Below, piece after piece: positions 50,455-62,934 of a stretch of DNA of 64,000 nt (the stretch's first letter is position 1; every line of letters begins with the position of its first letter). Under the pieces are notes generated by a model. That model ran no database searches and was not told the DNA's origin. It worked only from the letters and a program-made list of their open reading frames with translations. Source of the stretch: Selaginella moellendorffii (lineage: Eukaryota; Plantae; Lycopodiophyta); contig NW_003314429.1 in the NCBI RefSeq assembly GCF_000143415.4, positions 1 to 64,000 on the forward strand, written 5' to 3'. The position numbers and the translations under genes are program-made.

Positions 50455-51473
50455 CTACTTGGATTTACAGACATCCAAAAGGCAAGTCCCCTTGCCCACT
50501 CCAGCGTTGGCTCTCCTGAACTCTGCCGCTATTTTGCTTGCATCTTTAGGAGTTCCTCGCGCGATGACATTGTCAAAGATCCTGGAGATTGTCATGGGTG
50601 ACAGGCTGAAGCGGCTGTTGTAGTACGAGTTGAGCAGCGCAGCCACCGTCTCGGAGAGCAAGCCATTGTAGGTGGTGGCATAGTGCTGGTCGGCTATGCC
50701 ATTCAAGCTCGAGTTCTTCACCAGCGCTTCCAAGGCGGTGATGTTACCATACTTGTTTCTGGCTCGGGGGCCAAGCAGCTTAGCGATGCTTTCGTCCGGA
50801 GTGACAAACTTCCAGTGGCAGCTATACACTGGATTCATCCAGTGGCTACAAACACAGGAATCCTCAAAGTCAGGCCAAGGGAAAGTCTGCTTGATATCAC
50901 ACTTACTCTGCTCGGCAGTAAGACGATGGCTGCTGCTGTGCCGGAGCTTTTGGAACGACGATTGGATCCAGCTTGGGCCTCGAGACTGGACAGATTGCGA
51001 GAGGCTTGACAGGCGTGAAGTAGAGCGGCTTGACGGTGTAGAAGGCATTGTCCAGGATCTTCCATTCCAGGCGCAGTGACTGCTGTGCGTTGGCCACCAC
51101 ATTGCACTGCTTCAAGGGGCTCCACATGAGCCGAGACGTGCAGTGCTGGAGGTCGTGCTCTCCAGGGAAGTTGGCGACGAAAGCACCCAAGAAGTTGGAC
51201 ATGGCTGGAACCGCCATTGCCATCCCCTGCCTGTTTCGGCAGTGGACGAGCACTTTGGCACCTGTGTGTGGTGATGCGAGCGGGAGATTACACTCGACGA
51301 GTTTCTCAAGCGAAGATCTTACCGCGGATTGGAATTCCCCACATACTGGGCCTCCCGTGCAGGCACTGGTCGCAGAAGACATTCCCAGAGACGATGGAAT
51401 CGCCACGAACGAGAGCAGCCGCGAAGGCAGCGATCGCGAGGAGAAGAAGAACGCCACACTTGTGGTGGTCCAT
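50455..51473 (-). CDS. Pollen Ole e 1 / protodermal-factor-1-like secreted protein (3 exons)
   Basis: Signal peptide, VSGNVFCDQC, GAKVLVHC, and C-terminal VAALLNSYY..FRRAN..CLLDVC. Confidence 0.85.
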
Positions 51474-52021
51474 TTGGAGCTGGAAAACCGAGGATTGCGA
51501 GCGCGGAGATGGAAGCAGCGGTGGGGTGTTGGGTGGATGCAGCAGATCGTTTCAGAGAAAGCTCACATTCTCCTTTTGCTAAAGCTCTTGCAGGGACTGA
51601 GACATACAAACCACCACCTTTTTCTTTTTTGAACAGCAAGCGCTGGCTGTTCGTAGGCGCACAAAACCGCGAACATTTGCAACTTTTGATTTGGCTCTTT
51701 GGATTAATGGAATTTGGCTACACCACCCCGCAATAATACATTCTCAGCAGAAAGTTCAAACAGAGTTTCAATCACTCGAAATGAAACTTACTTTGCAAGC
51801 TTAATTTTTTTTTTTTCTGCGAGAATCTGTGTGCTACCTTTAGAAACAATAGTTAATTAGTTAATCTGGAAATAAAATAAAGGTCCTGATCTTAAAGGAA
51901 ACCCACTACAATTTTCGAATCTACAACTTTAAGTCTGGCTATAGTGCTCGACAGGAGAAGGAATCCGAGATCTATTCGATACATAAACGTTCAGAGAGCA
52001 AAGAAATCTTTACTCATTTTC

Positions 52022-54652
52022 ATGGCCAAGGCGAAGCTCGCGGTAGTGCCGGCGGGGGAGAGCGGCATTTTCATCACGCAACCCTTCCCATGCGATGACA
52101 ATGGTGAGCCCAAGAGCGTCATGGTCGGCCACTCGAGCAGCGCCAACTTCGCGGTGATCAACGGTAGCGACGATGGGGTCGTGTTGCGGGCGGTGCGCAT
52201 CGCGGCATCGGGCACGCTCAGAGGCTTCCGCGGCCTCGCGCTCACCGGCTCCGAGGAGATAGCATCGTCTTCCTCGAGCAGCAGGAGCTTGGACTTCGTC
52301 CGATCCATTCGGCTACAGCCCGAGAGCCATGTCTCCTTCACCATCACCTTCTCTCCCGGCCAAGTTGGCTACTACCCGGCCAGGATCCTGTGCGACTTGC
52401 AACCGGCGTGGAGAGTCGTGCAGCACATCCAGGCCACCGGAGACGATGAAGTTTCCAAGGATTCGTGGCCGACGGCTCCATATTGCAAGCGCAAGCCCAA
52501 GAAGATGCCTCGATCTCGCAACATTGTTCCTGGCGTCTCACCACCGGCACCCAAGTTTGAGCTTGTTCTCCCACAATTTTGGATGCCTGCTGGTGTGAGG
52601 AGGGACTTCCAAAAGAAGACCACCCCACGGGTATTCAACGACGGCCTCTCGCCTGCGACTTACGCCCGCTACTTCGCGGCGCTTCTCTATGAAGAAGAGT
52701 ACCAAATGGAGGTAATCTTATGGTTTGATCTTGATGATCACACCAGCTTGGTTTGTTTTCGCACAGTTTGATATCCGAGCCTATGACATGGAAAACGTGG
52801 TGATGAGGCAAGACTCCGGGTTCCTCATTTTGAAAGTGCTTGGCCTTGCCGAGAGACGACCTTCCGTGCTCTACAGGGATCGAATTTACTTGATGCCTCC
52901 CGGTACGCAAGACAAGGAATACGAGGTAAGTACATATGTGTACTTGTTATGATCTAGTTGTGGATGTTGCTTTGTTGAAGGGATATGTACACCGAGTTAA
53001 TGCAGAGGAAGTTTTCCTCAAGTTTGCCAACGATTTCCACCGGGTGTTCATCCAGGGCACCCGTTTTGACGTTCGGTTTTCCTTCTCCAGGACGAACTTG
53101 AAGCGATGCCACCATGCAGTTGCCAGCATCTCGCCCCAGCTTTGCAACATGTTCGTGTTTCCAAACCCGACCATCTCGCCCCCGCCACCACCACCACCAC
53201 CGCTGAGGTTTCGTCCCATAAGCCATGGTTCGCTCAACGAAGAACAGATGTCCGCGGTGCAAGAGATCGTCGCAAAGAGAGGTGCTCCGCCATATATCAT
53301 CTTCGGTCCACCCGGAACTGGGAAAACTGTGACGGTTGTCGAGGCCATCTTGCAAGTCCGTCGCCACAACAAGGACGCGGTCATCTTGGCCTGTGCTCCC
53401 TCCAACAATGCCTCGGACCTCTTGCTCGAGCGCCTGGCCAAGTTCGTGGAGAACCGACACATGCTCCGTCTCAATGCTTTCACGCGCTCACGCGCCGACA
53501 TCCCTGACAAAGTGAAGGAATTCTCCAACGGTGATGGTAGCCCGTTTGCCAATTGCCCGAGTCGAGAGGAGCTCATGTCTTTCAAAATCATCGTCACGAC
53601 ATGTATGAGCGCCGGAATGCTCCACTCTCGGGGTGTTCCCGCCGGTCACTTTTCTCACATCTTTCTGGACGAATCCGGCCAGCCAACCGAGCCCGAGGCG
53701 ATGGTGGCGGCCATCAACTTTGCGGCCCCAAGCACCGTGCTTGTTCTTGCGGGGGATCATCAGCAGCTCGGCCCCGTGATCCGGTCGTCGCGGGCGGACA
53801 AGTTCGGCCTCAGCAAGTCATTCCTGGAGCGTCTCATATCCTCGCCACCTTACACCCCTCCCTTCAAGAAGGAAATGGTGACGAAGCTTGTGAGAAACTA
53901 TCGCTCGCATCCCAGCATCTTGGATCTGCCTTCGAGGCTCTTTTATCAGGGTGAACTGGTTCCTTGCGCTGGAGAGTTCTCGCGCTCCTTGTGCGAGTGG
54001 GGTTGGCTTCCAAACAAGAAATTCCCAATCCTCTTCATTGGGGTGGAAGGCAAAGACTTGCGGGAGGGCAATAGTCCGTCGTGGTTCAATGCAGCAGAAG
54101 TGAGCAAAGTGATGGAGGTGGTGAAAAGCCTGAGGGATATGAGGAGAAACAAGCCCTTGCCAACGGAGATCGGGATCATCACACCATACCGCAAGCAGGT
54201 CCAGAAGATCAAAGGCTTCTTATCGAAAGAGAGGCTCGCAGAGATCAAAGTTGGAAGCGTGGAGGAGTTCCAGGGCCAGGAGAAGCGTGCCATCATCGTG
54301 AGCACCGTCCGCTCGTCACTGGAGTTCCTGGGGCACGACAAGAAGTTCAACCTGGGATTCTTGTTCAATCCCAAGCGCTTCAATGTGGCCATCACTCGCC
54401 CGCAAGCGCTGCTCGTCGTCGTGGGCAACCCGGGCATCCTCTCCAAGGTGCGTGTTTGATCCCAAAACATGATTTTTCTAACGTATGCTTTGGCAGAACG
54501 AGCATTGGAACAAGTTCATGCGCTATTGCATCCGGAATGGATCCTACACTGGCTGCCGGATTCCAGCAACCGACGCTCCTGACAATACTCCTGACTACCT
54601 GGAGATCAGCGATGATGAAGCCAAGGACCAGCCATGGCGCGAAGCAGTCTAA
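52022..54652 (+). CDS. SDE3: SDE3/MOV10-like SF1B RNA helicase, copy 1 (4 exons)
   Basis: LAERRPSVL; GPPGTGKT; CAPSNNASD; FLDESGQ; LAGDHQQLGP; NYRSHP; GSVEEFQGQE; RFNVAITR. Confidence 0.93.
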
Positions 54653-54729
54653 TTCTGAGATCCTTGGCCATGAAATAATCAGCAGCAAATGCCGAACTGG
54701 CATGTTTGCATAAAGATTGTTCTTAGTTT

Positions 54730-55095
54730 TTGTGGCGAGTTGAACAGCCACCGTCTTGGAGAGCAATCCATTGTCGGCGATGGCATAGTTCTCGTCAACT
54801 ATTGCCATTCAAGCTCGAGCTCTTCACCAGCGCTTCCAGGCTCTGGGACGAAGCAGCTTAGCGATGGGAGTGATGAACTTATACAATGGATTCATCCAGT
54901 GGCAATGTACAGACACACAAATCCCCGAGATCAGGCCAAGGAAAAGGGCCTCCAGACTGGACAGATCGCCAGGGGCTTGACAGGCGTGAAGTGGTGATCT
55001 GGAGCTGGAAACCCGAGGATTTCCCTATAGAACGCAAGGGCGTTCTATAGAGACTTACCGCCTTTTTCTTTTTTAAACAGCGGGCGCGGTTCGAA
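54730..55095 (-). pseudogene. Condensed remnant of the Ole e 1-like gene (duplicate of ~50625-51655)
   Basis: Collinear short matches such as GCCATTCAAGCTCGAG, TGGATTCATCCAGTGGC and GGCTTGACAGGCGTGAAGT, separated by deletions. Confidence 0.85.
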
Positions 55096-55778
55096 TCTCT
55101 TCGCCAGCTATTTTAGGGTTTAAAGAACCGATATAAATCTCGTAGCCGACCTTCGATCTCAATTGATTTAGGTTTTGTAGGGGCCTCCCTGCCACGGTCC
55201 TTGTAGCGCGAGCTATGGCTTGGATCGCTAGGGTTGGCCTAGAACGTCCTTTCGCCCTCTTGATAGGAAGCCAGGAGCATTCCAAATCGTATGCTTTTCG
55301 GTGCCATAGCGGTGATTACAGTCCCTTGTGTGTGCTCTGCGATGTCAAATACCCGATAGGAAGTGCCGTCTGACGCATCTCTTGTGCGTTTGATCACAAA
55401 AGGGTCTCTGAGAGCTAGCGAAGAGTTCGGCCGCGCGAGGATGATAACAAGGTGAATTGGACTAGAGTCTCTGATGGCTTGCTCCTTGGCGAGCTTGGCT
55501 GATTATTCCTCCCTTGGCTGTCTGAGCGCGTTAGAGATTTTAGGGCGAAGAATCGAACACGGGACGCCAAGAAATCCGGAATCGAACCAAAATCTATGCT
55601 AGTCCCTTTGGGCGAAGAATCGAACACGCGACGTTAGCAAATCCAGGATCGAATAAACGTTGATTGGGATTCGAAACTTTTGAATTAAAACTAAAGAACG
55701 ATGAAATAAATGCGCCACAATTTCTAAATTGTGAGGTACGAAATTTGTACGGTGGCCGTATGCTTTAGGCATTGTCAT

Positions 55779-58417
55779 ATGGGCAAGACGAAGCTCGCGG
55801 TGGTGGCGGCGGGCGAGAGCGGCATTTTCATCACGCAGCCATTCCCGGTGGATGCCAATGGTGAGCCCAAGAGCGTCATGGTCGGCCACTCGATCAGCGC
55901 CAACTTCGTGGTGATCAACGGTAGCGACGATGGGGTCGTGTTGCGGGCGGTGCGCATCGCGGCATCGGGCACGCTCAGAGGCTTCCACGGCCTCGCGCTC
56001 ACCGGCTCCGAGGTGATAGCATCGTCTTCCTCGAGCAGCAGGAGCTTGGACTTTGTCCGATCCATTCGGCTACAGCCCGGGAGCCATGTCTCCTTCACCA
56101 TCACCTTCTCTCCCCGCGAAGTTGGCTACTACCCGGCCAGGATCCTGTGCGACTTGCAACCGGCGTGGAGAGTCGTGCAGCACATCCAGGCCACCGGAGA
56201 CGATGAAGTTTCCAAGGATTCGCGGCCGACGGCTCCGTATCGCAGGCCCAAGCCCAAGAGGATGCTTCGATCTCGCGACATTGTTCCTGGCGTCTCGCCA
56301 CCGGCACCCAAGTTTGAGCTTGTTCTACCACCATTTTGGATGCCTGCTGGTGTGAGGAGGGACTTCCAAAAGAAGATCACTCCGCGGGTATTCAAGGACG
56401 GCCTCTCGCCTGCGACTTACGCCCGCTACTTCGCGGCGCTTCTCTATGCCGAAGAGTACCAAATGGAGGTAATCTTATGGTTTGGTCTTGATGATCACAC
56501 GAGCTTGGTTGGTTTTTCGCGCAGTATGATATCCGAGCCTATGACATGGAAAACGTGACAATGAGGCAAAGCACCGAGAGGTTCCTCGTTTTGAAAGTGC
56601 TCGGCCTTGCCGAGAGACGACCTTCCGTGATCTACAGGGATCGAATCTACGTGAGGCTTGCCGGTACGCAAGACAAGGAATACGAAGTAAGTATGTGTGT
56701 GCTTCTAGACCAAGTTGTTGATATCGCTTTGAAATGAAGGGATGTGTACACCGAGTTACGGCCGAGGAGGTTTTCCTCAAGTTTGCCAACGATTTCCACC
56801 GGGTGTTCATCCAGGGCACCCGTTTGCACGTCCGGTTTTCCTTCTCCAGATCCAACTTGAGGCGATGCCACCATGCAGTCACCCGCATTTCTCCCCAGCT
56901 TTGCAACATGTTCGTGTTTCCAAGCTCGATCATCTCGCCACCACCACCACCACCGCTGAGGTTCCATCCCATAAGCCGTGGTTCGCTCAACGAAGAACAG
57001 ATGTCCGCGGTGCAAGAGATCGTCGCAAAGAGAGGTGCTCCGCCATACATCGTCTTCGGTCCACCAGGCACTGGCAAAACCGTGACGGTGGTCGAGGCCA
57101 TCTTGCAAGTCCGTCGCCACAACAAGGACGCGGTCATCTTGGCCTGTGCTCCCTCCAACAATGCCTCGGACCTCTTGCTCGAGCGCCTGGCCAAGTTCGT
57201 GGAGAACCGACACATGCTCCGTCTCAATGCTTTCACGCGCTCACTCGCCGACATCCCTGACAAAGTGAAGGAATTCTCCAATGGTTTTGGTGCCGGTGAT
57301 GACAGCCAGTCTGCCGATTGCCCGAGTCGAGAGAAGCTCATGTCTTTCCAGGTCGTCGTCACGACATGTCTCAGTGCCTCGATGCTCCACTCTCGGGGTG
57401 TTCCCGCCGATCACTTTTCTCACATCTTTCTGGACGAATCTGGCCAGGCAACCGAGCCCGAGGCGATGGTGGCGGCCATCAACTTTGCGGCCCCAAGCAC
57501 CGTGCTTGTTCTTGCGGGGGATCATCAGCAGCTCGGCCCCGTGATCCGGTCGTCGCTGGCGGACAAGTTCGGCCTCAGCAAGTCGTTCCTGGAGCGTCTC
57601 ATATCCTCGCCGCCTTACACCCCTCCCTTCAAGAAGGAAATGGTGACGAAGCTTGTGAGAAACTATCGCTCGCATCCCAGCATCTTGGATCTACCATCAA
57701 GGCTCTTTTACCAGGGCGAACTGGTTCCGTGTGCTGGAGAGTTCTCTCGCTCCTTGTGCGAGTGGGACTGGCTTCCAAACAAGAGATTCCCAGTCCTATT
57801 CATTGGCGTGGAAGGGAAAGACTCGCGGGAGGGCAATAGTCCGTCGTGGTTCAATCCAGAAGAAGTGAGCAAAGTGATGGAGGTGGTGAGAAGCCTGAGG
57901 GATATGAGGAGGAACAAGCCCTTGCCAACGGAGATCGGGATCATCACACCATACCGCAAGCAGGTCCAGAAGATCAAAGGCTCCTTATCGAAAGAGAGGC
58001 TCGCAGAGATCAAAGTTGGAAGCGTGGAGGAGTTCCAGGGCCAGGAGAAGCGTACCATCATCGTGAGCACCGTCCGCTCGTCACTGGAGTTCCTGGAGCA
58101 CGACAAGAAGTTCAACCTGGGCTTCTTGTTCAATCCCAAGCGCTTCAATGTGGCCATCACTCGCCCGCAAGCGCTGCTCGTCGTCGTGGGCAACCCGGGC
58201 ATCCTCTCCAAGGTGCGTGTTTCATCTCAAAACATGGTTTTTCCAACGTATGCTTTGGCAGAACGAGCACTGGAACGCGTTCCTGCGCTATTGCATCCGG
58301 AATGGATCATACACTGGCTGCCCGATTCCATCACCCGACGCCGCTGGCAATATTCCTGACTACCTGGAGACCAGCGACGATGAAGCCAAGGACCAGCCAT
58401 GGCGCGAAGCAGTCTAG
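55779..58417 (+). CDS. SDE3: SDE3/MOV10-like SF1B RNA helicase, copy 2 (4 exons)
   Basis: Near-identical tandem paralog of copy 1 with all helicase motifs intact. Confidence 0.92.
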
Positions 58418-59092
58418 CGAGAGATCCTTGGCCATGAAAGACTCAGCAGCAAATGCCTAGGCTGGTTAACTGCAGGAGGCCATGTTTCCATTAAGCTAAT
58501 GATCGTTCTTTCGCAAAGCTTACCTTCTCAAAGAGAGGAAGTGGAGCATGATTCTCGGCCATGAAAGAATTCGCAGCAAATGCCCAGGCTGAGAAACTGC
58601 ACTCGCCAAAGCTAATGATCGTTCGAGCTTTTCTTCATTCTTGCAAACGAACTTTATCTTGTCAAGGGAGATCTTTATCTTCAAAATGGAAGGGAATAGA
58701 ACAATCGAAATGTGGTGTGACAAAAATGATGCCCTCCAAGTACAGGGCTATGGCTATATGCTTTTGTGGGGTTGGATTGATTGGATGCATCTGGATCGTC
58801 GTTTCTATGATGGGCTTTGCTCATTGTCTCAAAGGTTCTTCCATTTCATTTCCATTTATACACTATAGTTTTTATATATATTCATATCTTGGGACATGGG
58901 AGTGCGGTCTAAAAAGTATCGCGCCAATCAATGATGCGATGCATGCATGGCTGGGCATGCCCTGATTGGCCAGCCCAATTCGTATTTGTATACGTACTCC
59001 ATATAGTAGAGAGATAAGCTGATGCGGTTGGACGGTCAGGATCGCGCTTGTACCCGAGGGCTCTTTTCCTTTTTTTCTTTTTGACATGGGCG

Positions 59093-59095
<3 letters not shown>

Positions 59096-59126
<31 letters not shown>

Positions 59127-59145
59127 AAGAAAGAAAGAAAGAAAG
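59096..59145. repeat. (GA)n/(GAAA)n tract upstream of the PRAF gene
   Basis: Visible directly. Confidence 0.9.
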
Positions 59146-59414
59146 CGCAAGGCGCGCATTCCTTGACTCCTGGGAGATTTCTGGAGCGCTGAGGTGCGTG
59201 ATTGGAGCTGGATGCTCGCGCTGCCGCTAGGTCTTGAATTCCCATGGCGGCACTGTGCGCGGATTTTTGGGGGAGATTTCTCCCACGGTTCGCCCGGCGA
59301 TTCTTGTGTCGCCAGCGGGATTTGTGTTGCCCGGAGCTCCTCTCCTGGTAGGAAGGAGGATCGATCGAGAAGGTGTCGGGCGGCATCGGTCATGGTATTC
59401 CACTCGGAGGCTCA

Positions 59415-62400
59415 ATGGAATTGGCACGTTGTGGAGCTGCGAGCCTGGACAGGGACGTCGAGCAGGTATAAAAAGCATTCAATTCTCGTTTCAAATGCAA
59501 CCACGAATTTTTCTCGACTAGAGCTTGCCATCGCTCAATCAATGACGCTTCCTTTTTTCTTTGTCGCTGCTCGAGCAGGCTATTATTGCACTGAAGAAGG
59601 GGTCTCAGCTTCTCAAGTATGGGCGTCGAGGCCGGCCAAAGTTTGCTCCCTTCCGCCTCTCCAATGTAAGTGGTTTTCTTCCGTTTTTTCTTGCTTTGTT
59701 TCGCTTCCTCAGGCTTGGCTTCTCTCTTCTCTCGACCAGGACGAAACCACTCTCATCTGGTTCTCGGGACGAAAGGAGAGGCAGCTCAGGCTGGATGCGG
59801 TCACAAAAATCATTCCCGGCCAGAGGACTGTGAGTGGACATTGCATCTTTCCACAACCTACAACTTAATGCATTGTCTTCTCGTACAGGCCAACTTTCAG
59901 AGATATCCTCGACCCGAGAAGGAGTACCAGTCTTTTTCTCTGATTTACGGTAGTGGTGGCGAGGAGAGATCGCTCGATCTGGTAGACGCGTTGATGAGTG
60001 AATTGCTTTGAAGTGACTGGTTTTAACATATTGTTTCAGATTTGCAAGGACAAGGATGAGGCCGAGGTCTGGTTCGTGGGCCTCAAGGCCCGTGTCTCCA
60101 GTAATCGCACTCTAAAGGTGGACAATAAAAGCGAAGGCACCCTATCAGACGTGAACAGTCCCCTAGGCCGAGCACTAAGAGATTCTCCGCTAAACTCATA
60201 TGTAAGTTTGAACGTTGCGAGCTCGTTCTTTCTACCCGAGTTGATCTGCTCCCTCTTTCTTGCAGGATAGCTTCAATCGCAGTCCATATGGAAGCCCGAG
60301 CTTGTTCAAGACGGCATCAACTGGAGAGCTTCAGTCAGTGGAGTCAGCCAAATCAGACTCACTGGCGTCCGAGGAAAGCTTGAATGCACAGGGCAGAAGT
60401 GTCTCACTGGCGGATGCGTTTCGAGTAAGCATGTCAAGCGCCGTAAGCTCTTCCAGCCAAGGCTCGGGTCCAGAAGACAGTGATGCTTTAGGAGATGTTT
60501 TCATCTGGGGTGAAGGTGCCGGAGAAGGCTTCTTAGGTGGTGGCGTTTGCAAGCTTACGTCTGGTGCAGGGAGCAGAGTAGATTCGCTCGTTCCAAAGGC
60601 CCTCCAGGCGGCTGTGGTGCTGGATGTAAGCAGTATAGCCTGCGGCAGCAGACATGCTGCTCTAGTCACCAAGCAAGGGGATGTGTTCTGCTGGGGTGAA
60701 GAGTATGGAGGCAGGCTCGGGCACGGCATCGACGTAGATGTTTCAGAGCCTCAACTCGTGCAGGCTTTAGCGGGTGTCAACGCCGAGCTTGTCGCCTGTG
60801 GCGACTTTCATACGTGCGCAGTAACACTCTCGGGGGAACTCTACACCTGGGGGGCTGATGCACAGAGTGGAGGACTTGTAGGACACAGCAATCCAGTAAG
60901 TCACTGGATGCCGAAGCGGATGAGCTCTCCGCTGGAAGGAGTGCGTATATCTTCCATCGCATGCGGAGCCTGGCACACTGCTCTGGTTTCTTCTGCGGGC
61001 CAGCTTTTCACGTTTGGAGATGGAACTTTTGGAGTGCTTGGTCACGGAGACAAGAGAAATCTGGCTATACCGAAGGAGGTCGAGTCCCTCAAAGGCTTGA
61101 AGACCGTGAGAGCTGCTTGCGGCATATGGCACACGGCAGCCGTGGTGGAAGTTATCGTTGGCTACTCGAGTGCTACTTCATGCTCGTCGGGAAAACTCTT
61201 CACCTGGGGCGATGGTGACAAGTATCGGCTGGGCCACGGGGACAAAGAGCAAAAGCTCGTTCCAACTTGCGTGGCTGCTCTCGTCGACTACAACTTCCGG
61301 CAGGTTGCTTGCGGGCACAGCCTTACGGTGGCACTAACAACTTCTGGGCGAGTTTTTACTATGGGAAGTACCATTTATGGGCAGCTAGGAAATCCCAAAG
61401 CCGACGGGAAGGTGCCAGGGATGGTGGATGGCGAACTCGCAAGAACGTTCGTTGAAGAGATTGGCTGTGGTGCTCATCACGTAGCTGCATTGTCATCAAA
61501 GACGGAAATCTACACATGGGGAAAAGGAGCGAATGGAAGGCTGGGACACGGTGACGTTGAGGACAGGACCGCGCCGACACTGGTGGAGGCTCTGCGAGAC
61601 AAGCAAGTGAAAACTGTTGCGTGTGGATCGAGCTTCACAGCAGTCATCTGCTTGCACAAGCCAGTCTCGGATGCCGATCAGTCCGTGTGTTCTGGTTGCA
61701 AGCAGGCGTTTGGCTTCACCAGGAAACGTCACAACTGTTACAACTGCGGTCTGGCCTACTGCCATTCCTGCAGTTCTAAAAAGGCCTTCAGAGCATCGCT
61801 GGCTCCCAACCCGTCCAAGGCATACCGTGTCTGTGAACCGTGCCTCGCTAAGCTGGAGAGAAGTGCCAGCGAAGAGGTCGCCAGAAAGAGCCGCAAGTAC
61901 ATGGATGGCAGGGAGAGGCCGCTTATCAGAGCCTCGAAACCGATAGAGATGAAACAAGTTGGATACTACGGTAACAGCAGGAACACAGACGACTTTGCCG
62001 CTAAACACCAGACAGTCATCAACATTCCCACAGCAATTCCAGAACGTAAGGCTGTTTCAGCCAAGCCCAGTCCTCCCAGGTCGGCTACTCCAACTCCCAC
62101 ATCCGCTGGCCTTGCTCCCCCTGGAAATGGACCTGACGAGCTCCAGAAGAAACTCGAGCTGTCACGGCAAGAGGTTCTACATTTGAAGACGCAGGTGCGG
62201 GCGTGGTACACGTTTGCTTTTTGTTTTCTCGCTTCTAATCATAACTTAATTCTCTCTCCCGAGCAGATTAGCACGCTGACGAGTAAATATGAACAACGTG
62301 AAAGGGAGCTGCGACGAGGTGCTCAAAAGGTGCAAGAAGCTGTGCTTCTTGCTGGAGAAGAAACTGCCAAATGCAGAGCAGCTAAAGAGGTTATCAAGTC

Positions 62401-62921
62401 TCTCACAGTTGAGGTACGTTTGTAACTTGTGCACACACTCGGACAAGCTTCTCCTGACGCACATTTGCAGCTCAAGGAGCTTGCAGAGCGAATGCCAAGT
62501 GCACGTCGGCAGCAGCAAAGACAAGAAGTGCCAAATGGTCGGCACTTCCCAGCACCAGAAGCAGAGATCGACTTGAGACTCCAGACGAGTCCGACGTCTT
62601 CCAACAGCGCCACGGATACAACGGTAGACAAACTTGTTCTTGGTTCTGGTCCCGAAGAATGGGTGGAGCAAGACCAGGCAGGAGTTTACATAACCTTGGC
62701 CTTAGCTCCCGGCGGTGGAAGGGATTTGAAGCGCGTGAGATTCAGGTATACATACAATCTTTTGTACAAAGGTGAAGACTGAGTCTGTGTTCATGTCGAC
62801 TGCCAGTCGTAGGCGCTTCAGCGAGAAGGAAGCCGAGCAATGGTGGCAAGACAACCGAGTGAGAGTTCATCAGCAGTACAGCATCATAAGAACCTCCAAC
62901 ACCTCGAAGAACCCGACGTGA
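59415..62921 (+). CDS. PRAF/RLD protein (PH, RCC1 repeats, FYVE, coiled coil, BRX)
   Basis: DVEQ|AIIALKKGSQLLKYGRRG; RCC1 repeats GRLGHG; FYVE RKRHNCYNCG; EWVEQDQAGVYITL..LKRVRF|SRRRF. Confidence 0.95.
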
Positions 62922-62934
62922 GTCCCGGAGCAGC

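Noticed and set aside
58420-58630. Short duplicated segment after SDE3 copy 2 and the ORF at 58561-58965
   Set aside because: 3' UTR micro-duplication; the ORF has no coding signature.
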